The position numbers were made by a program, and so were the translations under genes. Below are positions 1-9,821 of a DNA stretch of 64,000 bases, in pieces; within the stretch, counting starts at the first letter, position 1, and each line of letters opens with the position of its first letter. Source of the stretch: Alphaproteobacteria bacterium (GTDB lineage Bacteria > Pseudomonadota > Alphaproteobacteria > UBA828); NCBI GenBank assembly GCA_965237415.1, contig CBDEFM010000002.1, forward strand, positions 1,376,001 to 1,440,000, given 5' to 3'. The notes under the pieces are model-generated. The model did no database searches and had not been told where the DNA came from. It was given only the letters and a program-made list of their open reading frames with translations.

Positions 1-1
1 C

Positions 2-646
2 ATCCGGGAGAAGGCGGGCACCGCGCCCCGCACCGTCATGGGCCTCCACCGGCGGTGCGATCTCTTCGACCGTCTGGTGCGCCACCCGCGCCTGGTCGAG
101 CCGGCGCAGCAGATCGCGGGCGACGACCTCTACATCCAGCAGGTCAAGGTCAACGTAAAAGCCGCGTTCGAGGGCGATGTCTGGCAGTGGCACTACGATT
201 TCGCGACCCATCACCGGGACGATGGCGTGCCGGCACCGCAGGCGCTCAATCTGCACATCCTGCTCGACGAGGTGAGCCACTATAACGGGCCGCTTTACTT
301 CATTCCCGGCTCCCACCGGCACGAGCCGCTGCCTACCTTCCACGACGTGACGAGCACGAGCTATCCGCTCTGGGTGGTGGATCGGGAAACGGTTACGGGC
401 CTCATCGCAGACGGTGGCATCACGCCTGCGCGCGGCCCGCCCGGCACGGCGCTCATATTCGGCGACCTGATGGTCCACGGCTCGCCCGGCAACATGTCGC
501 CCTGGGACCGCGCCATCTTCTCGCTCATCCTCAACCCGGTCGCCAACGCCCAGACCGCCTTCGCCCGGCCCGAGCACAAGCACCACACCGATTTTTCGCC
601 GGTGGTGCCGCTCGCCGACGATTGCCTGCTCGCGCCGGACGCATGA
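2..646 (+). CDS. Fe(II)/2-oxoglutarate dioxygenase, PhyH/EctD-like (proline/ectoine hydroxylase-like); 5' truncated by window edge
   Basis: WQWHYD (HxD) and distal MVHGS His of the facial triad; LYFIPGSH; frame open from position 2. Confidence 0.85.
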   Translation: MREKAGTAPRTVMGLHRRCDLFDRLVRHPRLVEPAQQIAGDDLYIQQVKVNVKAAFEGDVWQWHYDFATHHRDDGVPAPQALNLHILLDEVSHYNGPLYFIPGSHRHEPLPTFHDVTSTSYPLWVVDRETVTGLIADGGITPARGPPGTALIFGDLMVHGSPGNMSPWDRAIFSLILNPVANAQTAFARPEHKHHTDFSPVVPLADDCLLAPDA

Positions 647-653
647 CCGGCCC

Positions 654-1970
654 ATGAGCGATCCGCCGGCGCTCGAGCCGGGCTATTTCCTCGACAGCCT
701 GCGAACGGCCGACCCGGAGGTCCACGCGGCGCTCGCGGGCGAGCTCGAACGCCAGCAGAACGGGATCGAGCTGATCGCGTCGGAGAACCTGGTTAGCCAG
801 GCGAGCCTGGAGGCGCTGGGGTCCATCATCGTCAACAAGACCGTGGAGGGCCGGCCCGGCGGGCGCTACTACGGCGGCGCGGAGTTCGCCGACCGGATCG
901 AGACCCTCGCCATCGAGCGAGCCAAGACGCTCTTCGGCTGTGGCTTTGCCAATGTCCAACCCCATTCCGGCAGCCAGGCCAACCAGGCGGTCTTCCTCGC
1001 GTTGCTCAAGCCGGGCGACACGCTGCTCAGCATGGCGCTGGATGCCGGCGGCCATCTGAGCCACGGGGCGGCCCCGAATCTCACCGGCAAGTGGTTCAAC
1101 CCGGTTCGCTACGGCACCGATGCCTCGGGCTTCATCGACATGGATGAGGTCGAGCGTCTCGCGCACGAGCACCGGCCCAAGCTCATCATCTGCGGCGGCT
1201 CGGCCTACCCGCGCGCGATCGACTTCGCGGGCTTTCGGGCCATCGCCGATTCGGTGGATGCCATGCTGCTCGCCGACATGGCCCATTTCGCCGGGCTCGT
1301 GGCCGGCGGCGCGCACCCGAGCCCCCTCCCCCACGCCCACGTCACGACGGCAACCACCTACAAGAACCTGCGCGGCGGGCGCGGCGGGATCATACTCACC
1401 GACGATCCCACGCTCGCGCGCAAGCTCGACAGCGCGGTCTTCCCGGGCGTGCAAGGCAGCGTGATCCTCAACGCGGTCGCGGCGAAGGCGGTCTGCCTGG
1501 GCGAGGCGCTCAAGCCAGAATTCAAGACATACGCGGCGCGAGTGCTCGCCAATGCGAGAGCCCTCGCCGATACGCTGATGCAGCGCGGCATCGCCGTCGT
1601 CGCCGGCGGCACGGACACACCGCTGCTGGTGGCCGACCTGCGCCCCCTCGGGCTCACCGGCGCGGCGGCGTCCGACAGCCTGGAGGCCGCCGGCCTCACC
1701 TGCAACAAGAACGCGGTGCCGGGCGACACGCAGCCGCCCAAAGTGACGTCGGGGTTGCGCTTCGGCTCGGCAGCCGGAACCACACGGGGATTCGGCGAGG
1801 CCGAGTTCCGCCGCATCGGCGGCTGGATCGCCGACGTGCTGCACGCCATGGAAGCGTCTGGCGCGCGCGACGAGACCCTCGAACGGACCATCCGCACCGA
1901 GGTGCGGGCGCTGTGCCGCGCCTTCTCGATTTATCCCGAACTCACCACGGGCACGCCGAAGGGGCGTTAG
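654..1970 (+). CDS. glyA: Serine hydroxymethyltransferase-family PLP enzyme (divergent GlyA paralog)
   Basis: [39 protein letters not shown]; PLP-Lys motif is atypical (TTYKNLRG). Confidence 0.85.
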   Translation: MSDPPALEPGYFLDSLRTADPEVHAALAGELERQQNGIELIASENLVSQASLEALGSIIVNKTVEGRPGGRYYGGAEFADRIETLAIERAKTLFGCGFANVQPHSGSQANQAVFLALLKPGDTLLSMALDAGGHLSHGAAPNLTGKWFNPVRYGTDASGFIDMDEVERLAHEHRPKLIICGGSAYPRAIDFAGFRAIADSVDAMLLADMAHFAGLVAGGAHPSPLPHAHVTTATTYKNLRGGRGGIILTDDPTLARKLDSAVFPGVQGSVILNAVAAKAVCLGEALKPEFKTYAARVLANARALADTLMQRGIAVVAGGTDTPLLVADLRPLGLTGAAASDSLEAAGLTCNKNAVPGDTQPPKVTSGLRFGSAAGTTRGFGEAEFRRIGGWIADVLHAMEASGARDETLERTIRTEVRALCRAFSIYPELTTGTPKGR

Positions 1971-2006
1971 GTCAGTAACCGGCTGCCCTGGCGGTACCAA
2001 TCCGCC

Positions 2007-2272
2007 AGCCCGCAATTCTCACCAAGGTCATGGCCTGCGCGACGCTGTCCGGCCGAGAGAGCAGGAAAGGCGCGCAGCGCGATGTGGTGCATCGGGCAAG
2101 CGCCTAGACGCACTCTGTCGGCCGGACAGCGTCGCCCTTCGGGTCGCGCCCAGGCGTCCGCCCGCGGCGTCGCGGGCCTCAACCGTAGCCCCGCTACGCT
2201 TTTCGGCCCGCTCCTGGCGGATCGAACGCCTGGGCGCGACGCAGGCCGTGACCCTGGTGAGAATTGCGGGCT
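2007..2272. mobile_element. MITE-like structured repeat, copy 1 (266 bp)
   Basis: TIR AGCCCGCAATTCTCACCA...TGGTGAGAATTGCGGGCT; aligns along its length with the reverse complement of 11963-12230. Confidence 0.85.
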
Positions 2273-2310
2273 AGAGTGCGCGGCCATTTTCATCGACGCG
2301 GGAGCCGGCT

Positions 2311-3288
2311 GTGGACCTACCCCTCGAGCCGAGACTGAGCATCGGCTACCAGAATGTGCTGACGCCATCGGGATACGACGACACGGAGGGGTCGGCGGTA
2401 GGCGGCGACCTGCCCGAGACTGTCCGCCTGCTCGATGCATTGGGTTTCGATTCGATCTGGTCCGGCGATCACGTGGCCTTTGCCGGGCCGATCCTCGATC
2501 CGCTGATGCAGCTCGCGCAGGCAGCGGCGCTGAGCGACCGGCTCAAGATCGGCACGGCCGTCTACCTGCTGCCGCTCCGCCATCCCGCGCCAGTGGCGAA
2601 ACAGGTCGCGACCCTCGATACGATCTCGAACGGGCGCGTGATCTTCGGCGTCGGAGTCGGCGGCGAGTTCCCGATCGAATACGAGCTTTGCGGCGTGCCG
2701 GTGGAAGAACGCGGCGCCCGGCTCAGTGAGGGCATTCGCGTGCTGCGCGGCCTCTGGTCCGGCCGCCCGGTCGCCAACGATGGCCGCTTCTATCCATTCT
2801 CCGAGGTCGCGATTGAGCCGCCGCCCGCGCAACCGGGCGGCCCCCCGATCTGGTGCGGCGGCCGCGCCGACCCAGCGCTCCGCCGCGCAGGCCGGCTCGC
2901 CGACGGCTGGATGTCTTATGTCATCGATCCTGAGCGCTACCGCCGTTCGCTCGAGACCATCGCCGCGGCGGCAACCGCCGCCGATCGCAAGCTGGATCGC
3001 TTCGGCACATCGCATTTGCTGTTCGTGAGGCTCGACAAGGACCGCGACAGCGCCCTCGAGTTCGCGGCCAAGTTCCTGAGCGTCCGTTACGCGATGGATT
3101 TCAGCCGCGCCGCCGAGCGCTACTGCGCGCTCGGAGAGCCGGCGGCGGTGGCGGAGGCGATCCGGGCATTCCACACGGCCGGGATGCGCCATCTCGTGCT
3201 GAACATGCTTGCGCCGGAGAGCGAGAAGGCGGCGCATCTGCAACGCTTCGCGGACGACGTGATGCCGCTGCTCGCAGACCTGCGCTGA
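2311..3288 (+). CDS. LLM-class (luciferase-like) flavin/F420-dependent oxidoreductase
   Basis: GFDSIWSGDH, LRHPAPVAKQVATLD, GRVIFGVGVG, PPIWCGG, ADGW. Confidence 0.9.
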   Translation: MDLPLEPRLSIGYQNVLTPSGYDDTEGSAVGGDLPETVRLLDALGFDSIWSGDHVAFAGPILDPLMQLAQAAALSDRLKIGTAVYLLPLRHPAPVAKQVATLDTISNGRVIFGVGVGGEFPIEYELCGVPVEERGARLSEGIRVLRGLWSGRPVANDGRFYPFSEVAIEPPPAQPGGPPIWCGGRADPALRRAGRLADGWMSYVIDPERYRRSLETIAAAATAADRKLDRFGTSHLLFVRLDKDRDSALEFAAKFLSVRYAMDFSRAAERYCALGEPAAVAEAIRAFHTAGMRHLVLNMLAPESEKAAHLQRFADDVMPLLADLR

Positions 3289-3302
3289 GCCGGCGCCACG
3301 CC

Positions 3303-4499
3303 ATGACTGCCGCCTTCCTCCTCTACGTGAACCCGCGCCACGCGCCTGTGCCGGGGAGCGACGACGATGGCCACCCGGTGATCCTGCCGGAGCGCCGCGC
3401 CGCGGCCCGCTCCGCAATCACGGGCTTCGAGGGCTACCGGCCCACACCGTTGCATCGGCTGACGGGCCTCGCGGAGACGCTCGGCATCGCGGAACTGTGG
3501 CTCAAGGACGAGAGCGGGCGCTTCGGCCTCGGCAGCTTCAAGGCGCTGGGCGGTGCATACGCAGTCGTGCACTTGCTGCGCGAGCGAGTGGGAGATGACG
3601 TCTCCATCGCCGACGTCGCTGCAGGCCGCGCCGCGGCGCGCGTCAACGACATGACCGTCTGCTGCGCGACCGACGGCAACCACGGGCTCGCCGTGGCGTG
3701 GGGTGCGCGGCGCGCCGGTGCCAGGTGCAGGGTGTTCCTGCCGGGGCCGGTGAGCGAGGGCCGCGAGTGCGCCATCGCCGCCCAGGGCGCCGAGATCGTG
3801 CGCGTCTCAGGCAGCTATGACGAGGCGGTGCGCGCCTGCGCGGAGGAAGCGCACGCCAGGGGCTGGCTGCTGGTCTCCGACACGTCGCATGCCGGCGGCG
3901 ACGAGGCGCCGAGCCGGGTCATGCACGGCTACGCCATGCTGGTGGACGAGATCAGGGCGGCGCTGGCGGGGCCAACACCGACTCATCTCTTCGTCCAGGC
4001 AGGCGTCGGCGGGCTTGCCGCCGCGGCGATCGGCGCCTTCCGTCAGGACTGCGGCGACGACAGCCCGAAGGGCGTGGTGGTCGAGCCGACGAAGGCCGAC
4101 TGCCTCTATCAGAGCGCAGTCAACGGAGTGCCGAGCCCCGCCTCCGGCGATCTCGACACGGTGATGGCCTGCCTCGCCGCCGCCGAAGTCTCGCCGCTGG
4201 CCTGGCAGGTTCTGGATCGGGGCGCCTTCGCCTTCATGGCGCTCGACGATGAGGGCGCCGTCGATGCCATGCGCCGCGCCGCCACGCCGGCCGAGGGCGA
4301 CCCGCCGCTCGTGCTGGGCGAATCCGGCGCCGCCGCGCTTGGCGGGCTGATTGCCGTGGCAGGCGAGAGGGAGGCGCGGGAGGCGCTCGGGATGAACGAG
4401 GCATCGCGGGTGCTGGTGATCGGCAGCGAAGGCGCGACCGACCCCGACATCTACCGCCGGTTGGTCGGCCGCGACCCAGCCGCCGTCGCGGCCGGCTGA
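3303..4499 (+). CDS. dpaL: Diaminopropionate ammonia-lyase
   Basis: KDESGRFGLGSFKALGG, ATDGNHG, VSDTS, QAGVGG, GESGAA, EGATDP. Confidence 0.88.
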   Translation: MTAAFLLYVNPRHAPVPGSDDDGHPVILPERRAAARSAITGFEGYRPTPLHRLTGLAETLGIAELWLKDESGRFGLGSFKALGGAYAVVHLLRERVGDDVSIADVAAGRAAARVNDMTVCCATDGNHGLAVAWGARRAGARCRVFLPGPVSEGRECAIAAQGAEIVRVSGSYDEAVRACAEEAHARGWLLVSDTSHAGGDEAPSRVMHGYAMLVDEIRAALAGPTPTHLFVQAGVGGLAAAAIGAFRQDCGDDSPKGVVVEPTKADCLYQSAVNGVPSPASGDLDTVMACLAAAEVSPLAWQVLDRGAFAFMALDDEGAVDAMRRAATPAEGDPPLVLGESGAAALGGLIAVAGEREAREALGMNEASRVLVIGSEGATDPDIYRRLVGRDPAAVAAG

Positions 4500-4528
4500 G
4501 CGCCCGAAACACCGGGGCCGCGCCGACG

Positions 4529-4819
4529 ATGAGCGACAGCCTTGACGACCTCGACATCAGGCGCCGGCGGCTGCGCTATCGTTCGGCACGCACCGGCACC
4601 AAGGAGACCGACCTCCTGGTCGGCGAAGTGATTGCCCGTCTCGGCCACGAGCTCCCGCCGGAGGAAGTGGCGCAGGCGGAACGGCTGCTGACCGCGAACG
4701 ACGTCGACATCACGAACTGGATCAGCGGGCGGACGCCGGTGCCGGCGGAACACGACACGCCCTTTCTCGCACGCCTGAGGCGCGAGGCCTTGAACCGGCA
4801 TCGCGACAATCGCTGTTGA
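4529..4819 (+). CDS. sdhE: Succinate dehydrogenase assembly factor SdhE/Sdh5
   Basis: RRRRLRYRSARTGTKETDL (variant of RGxxExD); directly upstream of mfd, as usual in Alphaproteobacteria. Confidence 0.8.
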   Translation: MSDSLDDLDIRRRRLRYRSARTGTKETDLLVGEVIARLGHELPPEEVAQAERLLTANDVDITNWISGRTPVPAEHDTPFLARLRREALNRHRDNRC

Positions 4820-7800
4820 CCATGCTCGTCTCCAACCGCTGCCTAGGTGCCTTAGCCGAGCCGGGGCAGACGACCCTCGGTGGGGTTCCCGAAGGCTTCG
4901 CCGCGGCGGTTCTGCTCGGGCTCGCGGAGACGCAAGCAGCGCCGGTGCTCTACATCGCCCGCGACGACGCCAGGCTCGCGCGGCTCTCCGCGATGCTGGC
5001 CTTCTTCGATCCCGACTGCGCTCCGGTCACCATCCCGGCCTGGGATTGCCTGCCGTACGACCGGGTCTCGCCGCGCGCCGATATCGCGAGCCGGCGGCTC
5101 GCCGGTCTCGTCCGGCTGCTGGATGACGGCGCGACACGGCCCAAGATCGTGCTCACCACCGTCAACGCTGCCCTCCAACGGGTGCCGCCACGCACGATGC
5201 TGGCCGACGCGACCCTGCCGCTCGAAGCCGGCGCCTCGCTCGATACCGAGACCCTGCTCGGCTATCTGGAGCGCAACGGGTTCGTCCGCACCGGCACGGT
5301 GATGGAGGCCGGCGACTACGCCGTGCGCGGCGGCATCGTGGATATCTTCCCCCCCAACGCCGAGCGCCCGGTGCGGCTCGATTTCTTTGGCGACGTCATC
5401 GAGTCCATGCGCTGGTTCGATCCGCTGACGCAGCGGCGCGACGAGCCTGCAGGCCCCCTCGCCCTCGCGCCGGTCAGCGAGGTGCTGCTGACGCCGCAGT
5501 CGATCGCGCGCTTCCGCGCCGCGTACCGCCGCGCGTTCGGCGCCGTGACCCGGGATGACCCGCTCTACGAGTCGGTCTCCGCCGCGCGCCGCTATCCCGG
5601 TATCGAGCACTGGCTGCCGCTGTTCCACGACGGGCTGGAGACGCTCTTCGACTACGTGCCGGAGGGCCCGGTCCTGCTCGACCATCGCGGGGTGGAGGCG
5701 CGCGACGACCGCTTCGAGACGATTGCGGATTTCTTCGACGCGCGCGCCAACCCGCCGACCTCGACGATCGCGGAGGTGCCCTATCACCCGGTCGCGCCCG
5801 CGGCGCTCTTTCTCGACGCGGACGAATGGGGGCGGCTGCTTGCGGACCGCCCGGTCGTGCACTGCTCGCCGTTCGTGGAGACAGAAGGCGGAGCAGACGC
5901 CGGCGCCCGCGACGGGCGGGACTTCGTTGCCGAGCGCACGCAGCGCAGCGGGTCGCTGTTCGAGACCGTGAGCGATCACATCGACCGGCTGCAGGAGAGC
6001 GGCCTCAGGATCCTGATCGCGAGCGGCGGCGCCGGCAGCCGGGACCGTATGGTCCGTCTGCTGCGCGAGCACGGCGTGCACGGGATCGAGCCGGTGGCCG
6101 ACTGGCGGGGGGCCTCTGCACTGCCGCCGGCTATCGCAGCAGCCGCGGTGCTGCAGCTGGAGCGGGGATTCGTCGCGGCGGGGCTCGCCGTGATCGCCGA
6201 GCAGGACATCCTCGGTGCGCGCGCGAGCCGGCCGGAGCGACGGCGGCGGAAGCCTGCCGAGGAATTTCTGGTCGACGCGGCGGCGCTGGCGGATGGCGAC
6301 CTGGTCGTGCACGTCGACCACGGCATCGGCCGCTACGACGGCCTGGTCACCCTGGAAGTCGATCACGCGCCGCACGATTGCCTGCGCATCCTCTATGACG
6401 GCGACGACCGGCTGTTCCTGCCCGTCGAAAACATCGAGCTCTTGTCCCGCTACGGCTCGGCCGACCAGCCAGTCTCGCTGGACCGGCTCGGCGGCGCCGC
6501 CTGGCAGGCGCGTAAGGCAAAGCTCAAGCAGCGCATCCGCGACATGGCGATCCAGCTCATCGGGCTTGCGGCCGAGCGCGCGACGCGGCCCGCGCCGCAG
6601 CTGGCAGCGCCGGGCGCTCTCTACGACGCCTTCTGCGCGGGCTTTCCCTATGTCGAGACCGAGGATCAGGCACGCGCCATCGACGAGACGATCGGCGACC
6701 TCGATGCCGGGCGAGCGATGGACCGGTTGGTGTGCGGCGACGTCGGATTCGGCAAGACGGAGGTGGCGCTGCGCGCAGCCTTCCACGCGGTGAACGCCGG
6801 CAAGCAGGTCGCGGTGCTGACACCCACCACTCTGCTCAGCCGGCAACATCTCCAGACTTTCAAAGAGCGTTTCGCCCGGTTGCCGGTGGAGATCGCCCAG
6901 CTCTCGCGCCTGGTGCCGGCCAGGGAGCAAGCGGCGATCAAGCGCGGCATCGCAGGCGGCGCGATCGACATCGTCATCGGCACCCATGCGCTGCTCGGCC
7001 CCTCCATCGCCTTCAACGACCTCGGCCTCGTCGTCGTAGACGAGGAGCAGCATTTTGGCGTCGCCCACAAGGAGCGCCTGAAGCGCCTCAGGGCCGAGGC
7101 TCATGTGCTGACACTCACCGCAACGCCGATCCCACGCACCTTGCAAATGGCGCTGAGCGGCGTGCGCGATATGAGCGTCATCGCGACCCCGCCGGTGGAC
7201 CGGCTCGCCGTGCGCACCTTCATCCTGCCCTACGACCCGATGGTCGTGCGCGAAGCGCTGATGCGCGAGCATTTGCGGGGCGGGCAGATCTTCTATGTGT
7301 GCCCGCGCATCGCCGACCTCAACGAGGCGGCCGAGCGCGTGCGCCAGCTTGTGCCCGAGGTGAAGGTCGCCATCGCCCACGGCCGGCTCGCGGCGCGCAC
7401 CCTCGATTCGATCATGGGCGACTTCTACGACGGCAAGTTCGACGTTCTGGTCTCCACCGCGATCATCGAATCGGGGCTCGACCTGCAGCGGGTCAACACC
7501 ATGATCGTGCATCGCGCCGATCGCTTCGGGCTGGCCCAGCTCTATCAGCTACGCGGGCGGATCGGTCGGGCCAAGCTGCGCGGCTACGCCTATCTCACGC
7601 TCCCGCCCGGGCTCAGGCTTACCGACACCGCGCACAAGCGGCTCCAGGTCATTCACCGGCTCGACGGACTCGGGGCCGGCTTCAGCCTGGCGAGCCACGA
7701 CCTCGACATCAGGGGCGCGGGCAACCTGCTCGGGCCCGAGCAATCGGGCCACATCCGCGAGATCGGGATCGAGCTCTACCAGCACATGCTGGAGGAAGCC

Positions 7801-8310
7801 GTGGCCACGGCGCGGGCCGCCGCCGGTGGCGAGGCGCCGCCTGCCGAGCGCTGGTCGCCCACCATCAGCCTCGGCACCTCGGTGCTGATCCCCGAGAGCT
7901 ACGTGCGGGACCTCGACGTGCGGCTCACGCTCTATCGCCGGGTCGCGACCCTGGAAGACCAGGCCGGGATCGACGACTTCGTCGACGAGCTGACCGACCG
8001 ATTCGGCCCGCCGCCGGCGTCCGTTCACCACCTGCTGGAGATCATGGCGATCAAGCAGCTCTGCCGCCAAAGCGGCATCGAGCGTGTCGAGGCCGGGCCC
8101 AAGGGCGCGGTGCTGAGCTTCCGGGACGGCGGTGCGGTCGACCCTGCGGCCCTGGTCCGCTACGTGTCGGCGCCCGAGAACGAGGTGCGCCTCCGGCCGG
8201 ACAGCCGCCTCATCGTCACGCGCCGCTGGCCCGATACGGAGGCGCGGCTGGAGGGCGTCCAACGCATCCTGCGGGACCTCTCCGCGCTCGCCGGGGATTC
8301 CGTGCCGTAG
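4816..8310 (+). CDS. mfd: Transcription-repair coupling factor
   Basis: CarD-like [47 protein letters not shown]; TTG start overlaps sdhE stop. Confidence 0.97.
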   Translation: MTMLVSNRCLGALAEPGQTTLGGVPEGFAAAVLLGLAETQAAPVLYIARDDARLARLSAMLAFFDPDCAPVTIPAWDCLPYDRVSPRADIASRRLAGLVRLLDDGATRPKIVLTTVNAALQRVPPRTMLADATLPLEAGASLDTETLLGYLERNGFVRTGTVMEAGDYAVRGGIVDIFPPNAERPVRLDFFGDVIESMRWFDPLTQRRDEPAGPLALAPVSEVLLTPQSIARFRAAYRRAFGAVTRDDPLYESVSAARRYPGIEHWLPLFHDGLETLFDYVPEGPVLLDHRGVEARDDRFETIADFFDARANPPTSTIAEVPYHPVAPAALFLDADEWGRLLADRPVVHCSPFVETEGGADAGARDGRDFVAERTQRSGSLFETVSDHIDRLQESGLRILIASGGAGSRDRMVRLLREHGVHGIEPVADWRGASALPPAIAAAAVLQLERGFVAAGLAVIAEQDILGARASRPERRRRKPAEEFLVDAAALADGDLVVHVDHGIGRYDGLVTLEVDHAPHDCLRILYDGDDRLFLPVENIELLSRYGSADQPVSLDRLGGAAWQARKAKLKQRIRDMAIQLIGLAAERATRPAPQLAAPGALYDAFCAGFPYVETEDQARAIDETIGDLDAGRAMDRLVCGDVGFGKTEVALRAAFHAVNAGKQVAVLTPTTLLSRQHLQTFKERFARLPVEIAQLSRLVPAREQAAIKRGIAGGAIDIVIGTHALLGPSIAFNDLGLVVVDEEQHFGVAHKERLKRLRAEAHVLTLTATPIPRTLQMALSGVRDMSVIATPPVDRLAVRTFILPYDPMVVREALMREHLRGGQIFYVCPRIADLNEAAERVRQLVPEVKVAIAHGRLAARTLDSIMGDFYDGKFDVLVSTAIIESGLDLQRVNTMIVHRADRFGLAQLYQLRGRIGRAKLRGYAYLTLPPGLRLTDTAHKRLQVIHRLDGLGAGFSLASHDLDIRGAGNLLGPEQSGHIREIGIELYQHMLEEAVATARAAAGGEAPPAERWSPTISLGTSVLIPESYVRDLDVRLTLYRRVATLEDQAGIDDFVDELTDRFGPPPASVHHLLEIMAIKQLCRQSGIERVEAGPKGAVLSFRDGGAVDPAALVRYVSAPENEVRLRPDSRLIVTRRWPDTEARLEGVQRILRDLSALAGDSVP

Positions 8311-8343
8311 GCCGCCGGCCCGCCATCCAAGACACCGGTTCCC

Positions 8344-8372
8344 TTGCCGGCAGTCTATACATATGCTATACG
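8344..8372 (+). promoter_or_regulatory. Putative sigma70 promoter/operator of the TA module
   Basis: TTGCCG-17nt-TATACG with extended TG; CTATAC direct repeat 11 bp apart. Confidence 0.5.
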
Positions 8373-8420
8373 CCCCTCTCTGACGGTCCTGAGTCCGCAA
8401 CCCGCGTGAAGGAAGCCGCA

Positions 8421-8678
8421 ATGGCCCAGGTCAACTTCCGGATATCCGAAGAGCGCCTCGCCTTCATCGACCGTGCGGCGGCGATCCGGGGCGTCACGCG
8501 GACCGAGTTCGTGCTGCGGTCGAGCGAGGCGGCGGCAATCGAGACCCTGAACGAGCGTCCGATCATCGCCCTCGACGACGAGGCCTGGGAGGCGTTCACC
8601 GCCGCGTTGGACGCGCCGGTGGATCCCGATCCCGCCGTGAAGGAGCGTTACGCGCGCCGGCCGCAGTGGGACCGGTAG
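8421..8678 (+). CDS. DUF1778 RHH antitoxin (TacA-like)
   Basis: MAQVNFRISEERLAFIDRAAAIRGVTRTEFV...LDDEAWEAFTAALDAP; directly upstream of a GNAT toxin. Confidence 0.88.
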   Translation: MAQVNFRISEERLAFIDRAAAIRGVTRTEFVLRSSEAAAIETLNERPIIALDDEAWEAFTAALDAPVDPDPAVKERYARRPQWDR

Positions 8679-9169
8679 CGGCGCCGGAGCCGCTCGGCGC
8701 CCAGCACGACGTCTCGCAATTCTCATCGGGCGTGCCTGCCCTCGACGCCTGGCTGCAGGGCAAGGCGCGCCTCAACGAAGCCAAGGGCGGCGCACGCACC
8801 TATGTCGCCTGCGACGGTGAACGCGTTGCCGGCTTCTACAGCCTGGCCGCCAGCGCCATCGAGAAGCGGCGGCTCTCATCCCGGGCCGGCCGCAACATGC
8901 CGGAGCCGGTCCCGGTCATCCTGTTGGGACAGCTTGCCGTGGACAGCGCCTACCAGGGTCGGCGGCTCGGCTCGGACCTGCTGGTCGACGCCGCGCGCCG
9001 CGCCCGGGCTGCGGCAGAGGTCATCGGCGCCCGCGCCATCGTGGTGCAGGCCATCGACGAGCGGGCCAAGGCATTTTATGGACGATTCGGTTTCCGTCCG
9101 TTCTCGGATCGCGAGCCCCTGATGCTGGTCCTGCGCATGTCCGAACTGGACGCGTTGCTGGAAGCGTGA
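8666..9169 (+). CDS. GNAT acetyltransferase toxin (TacT/AtaT-like)
   Basis: FSSGVPALDAWL, LLGQLAVDSAYQGRRLGSDLL, AKAFYGRFGF. Confidence 0.9.
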   Translation: MGPVAAPEPLGAQHDVSQFSSGVPALDAWLQGKARLNEAKGGARTYVACDGERVAGFYSLAASAIEKRRLSSRAGRNMPEPVPVILLGQLAVDSAYQGRRLGSDLLVDAARRARAAAEVIGARAIVVQAIDERAKAFYGRFGFRPFSDREPLMLVLRMSELDALLEA

Positions 9170-9229
9170 GCTGCTCAGCTCGAGGGCGTGCGGCTCGTGC
9201 TGTGGGACCTCTCAAGCCCTACCACTCAC

Positions 9230-9316
9230 CGTCATGCCCGGACTCGTTCCGGGCATCCATTTGGGGCCAGGTACAGCGAAGAGCCGTGGATGGCCGGGAC
9301 AAGCCCGGCCATGACG
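9230..9316. repeat. CGTC-type REP dimer (alphaproteobacterial palindromic repeat), copy A
   Basis: CGTCATGCCCGGACTCGTTCCGGGCATCCA...TGGATGGCCGGGACAAGCCCGGCCATGACG; second copy at 23447-23536. Confidence 0.85.
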
Positions 9317-9362
9317 AAAGGGGGATGGAGCGCCCAATAATGCGAACCCTCCGATCAGGACA

Positions 9363-9695
9363 CTACGCGCCAGCCAGCTCGTTGACCTTGGCCGCCATGA
9401 TAAAATCGTTCTCGTGCAGGCCCTTGATCTTGTGGGTGTAGAAGAGGACCGTGCAGTGGCCCCAGCCGAAAGTGATGTCGGGGTGATGGCCCTCCTCCTC
9501 CGCGAGGTCGCCGACCTTGTTCACCAGCGCCATGGACTCCGCGAAGTCGCCGAGAGAGAAGGTACGGCGGATCTTGGTGGCGTCGTCGATCAGCTCCCAT
9601 CCGGGTGTCTGATCCAGAAACGCCCGTGCTTCGGCCTCTTCGAGCGGCGGAATGCCGCCCCGGCAGGGCACGCAGGTCTTGCTCGTCAGGCTCAT
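9363..9695 (-). CDS. phhB: Pterin-4a-carbinolamine dehydratase
   Basis: CVPCRGGIPPL, EEGHHPDI, THKIKGLHENDFIMAAK. Confidence 0.92.
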   Translation of the reverse strand: MSLTSKTCVPCRGGIPPLEEAEARAFLDQTPGWELIDDATKIRRTFSLGDFAESMALVNKVGDLAEEEGHHPDITFGWGHCTVLFYTHKIKGLHENDFIMAAKVNELAGA

Positions 9696-9821
9696 ATCGT
9701 CCTCCGGCGGCGCGGGTCCCTCGCCGGGCCCCTCGGCCTTTGCTGTTGCGGTGGCGGGAGAGGGCTGGAAAGATATTCCCCATACTACGCCAACAGCCCG
9801 GCTGACGAAGGAACTTCGTGA

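Noticed and set aside
2082-2729. ORFs crossing the structured element (also 1967-2440, 11890-12207, 12024-12209)
   Set aside because: Translations of a palindromic GC-rich repeat; indels between the two copies break the frames, and there are no transposase motifs.
4852-7512. 886-aa ORF antisense to mfd, and similar long ORFs opposite parC, ftsH and others
   Set aside because: High GC3 suppresses stop codons on the opposite strand; no recognisable motifs.
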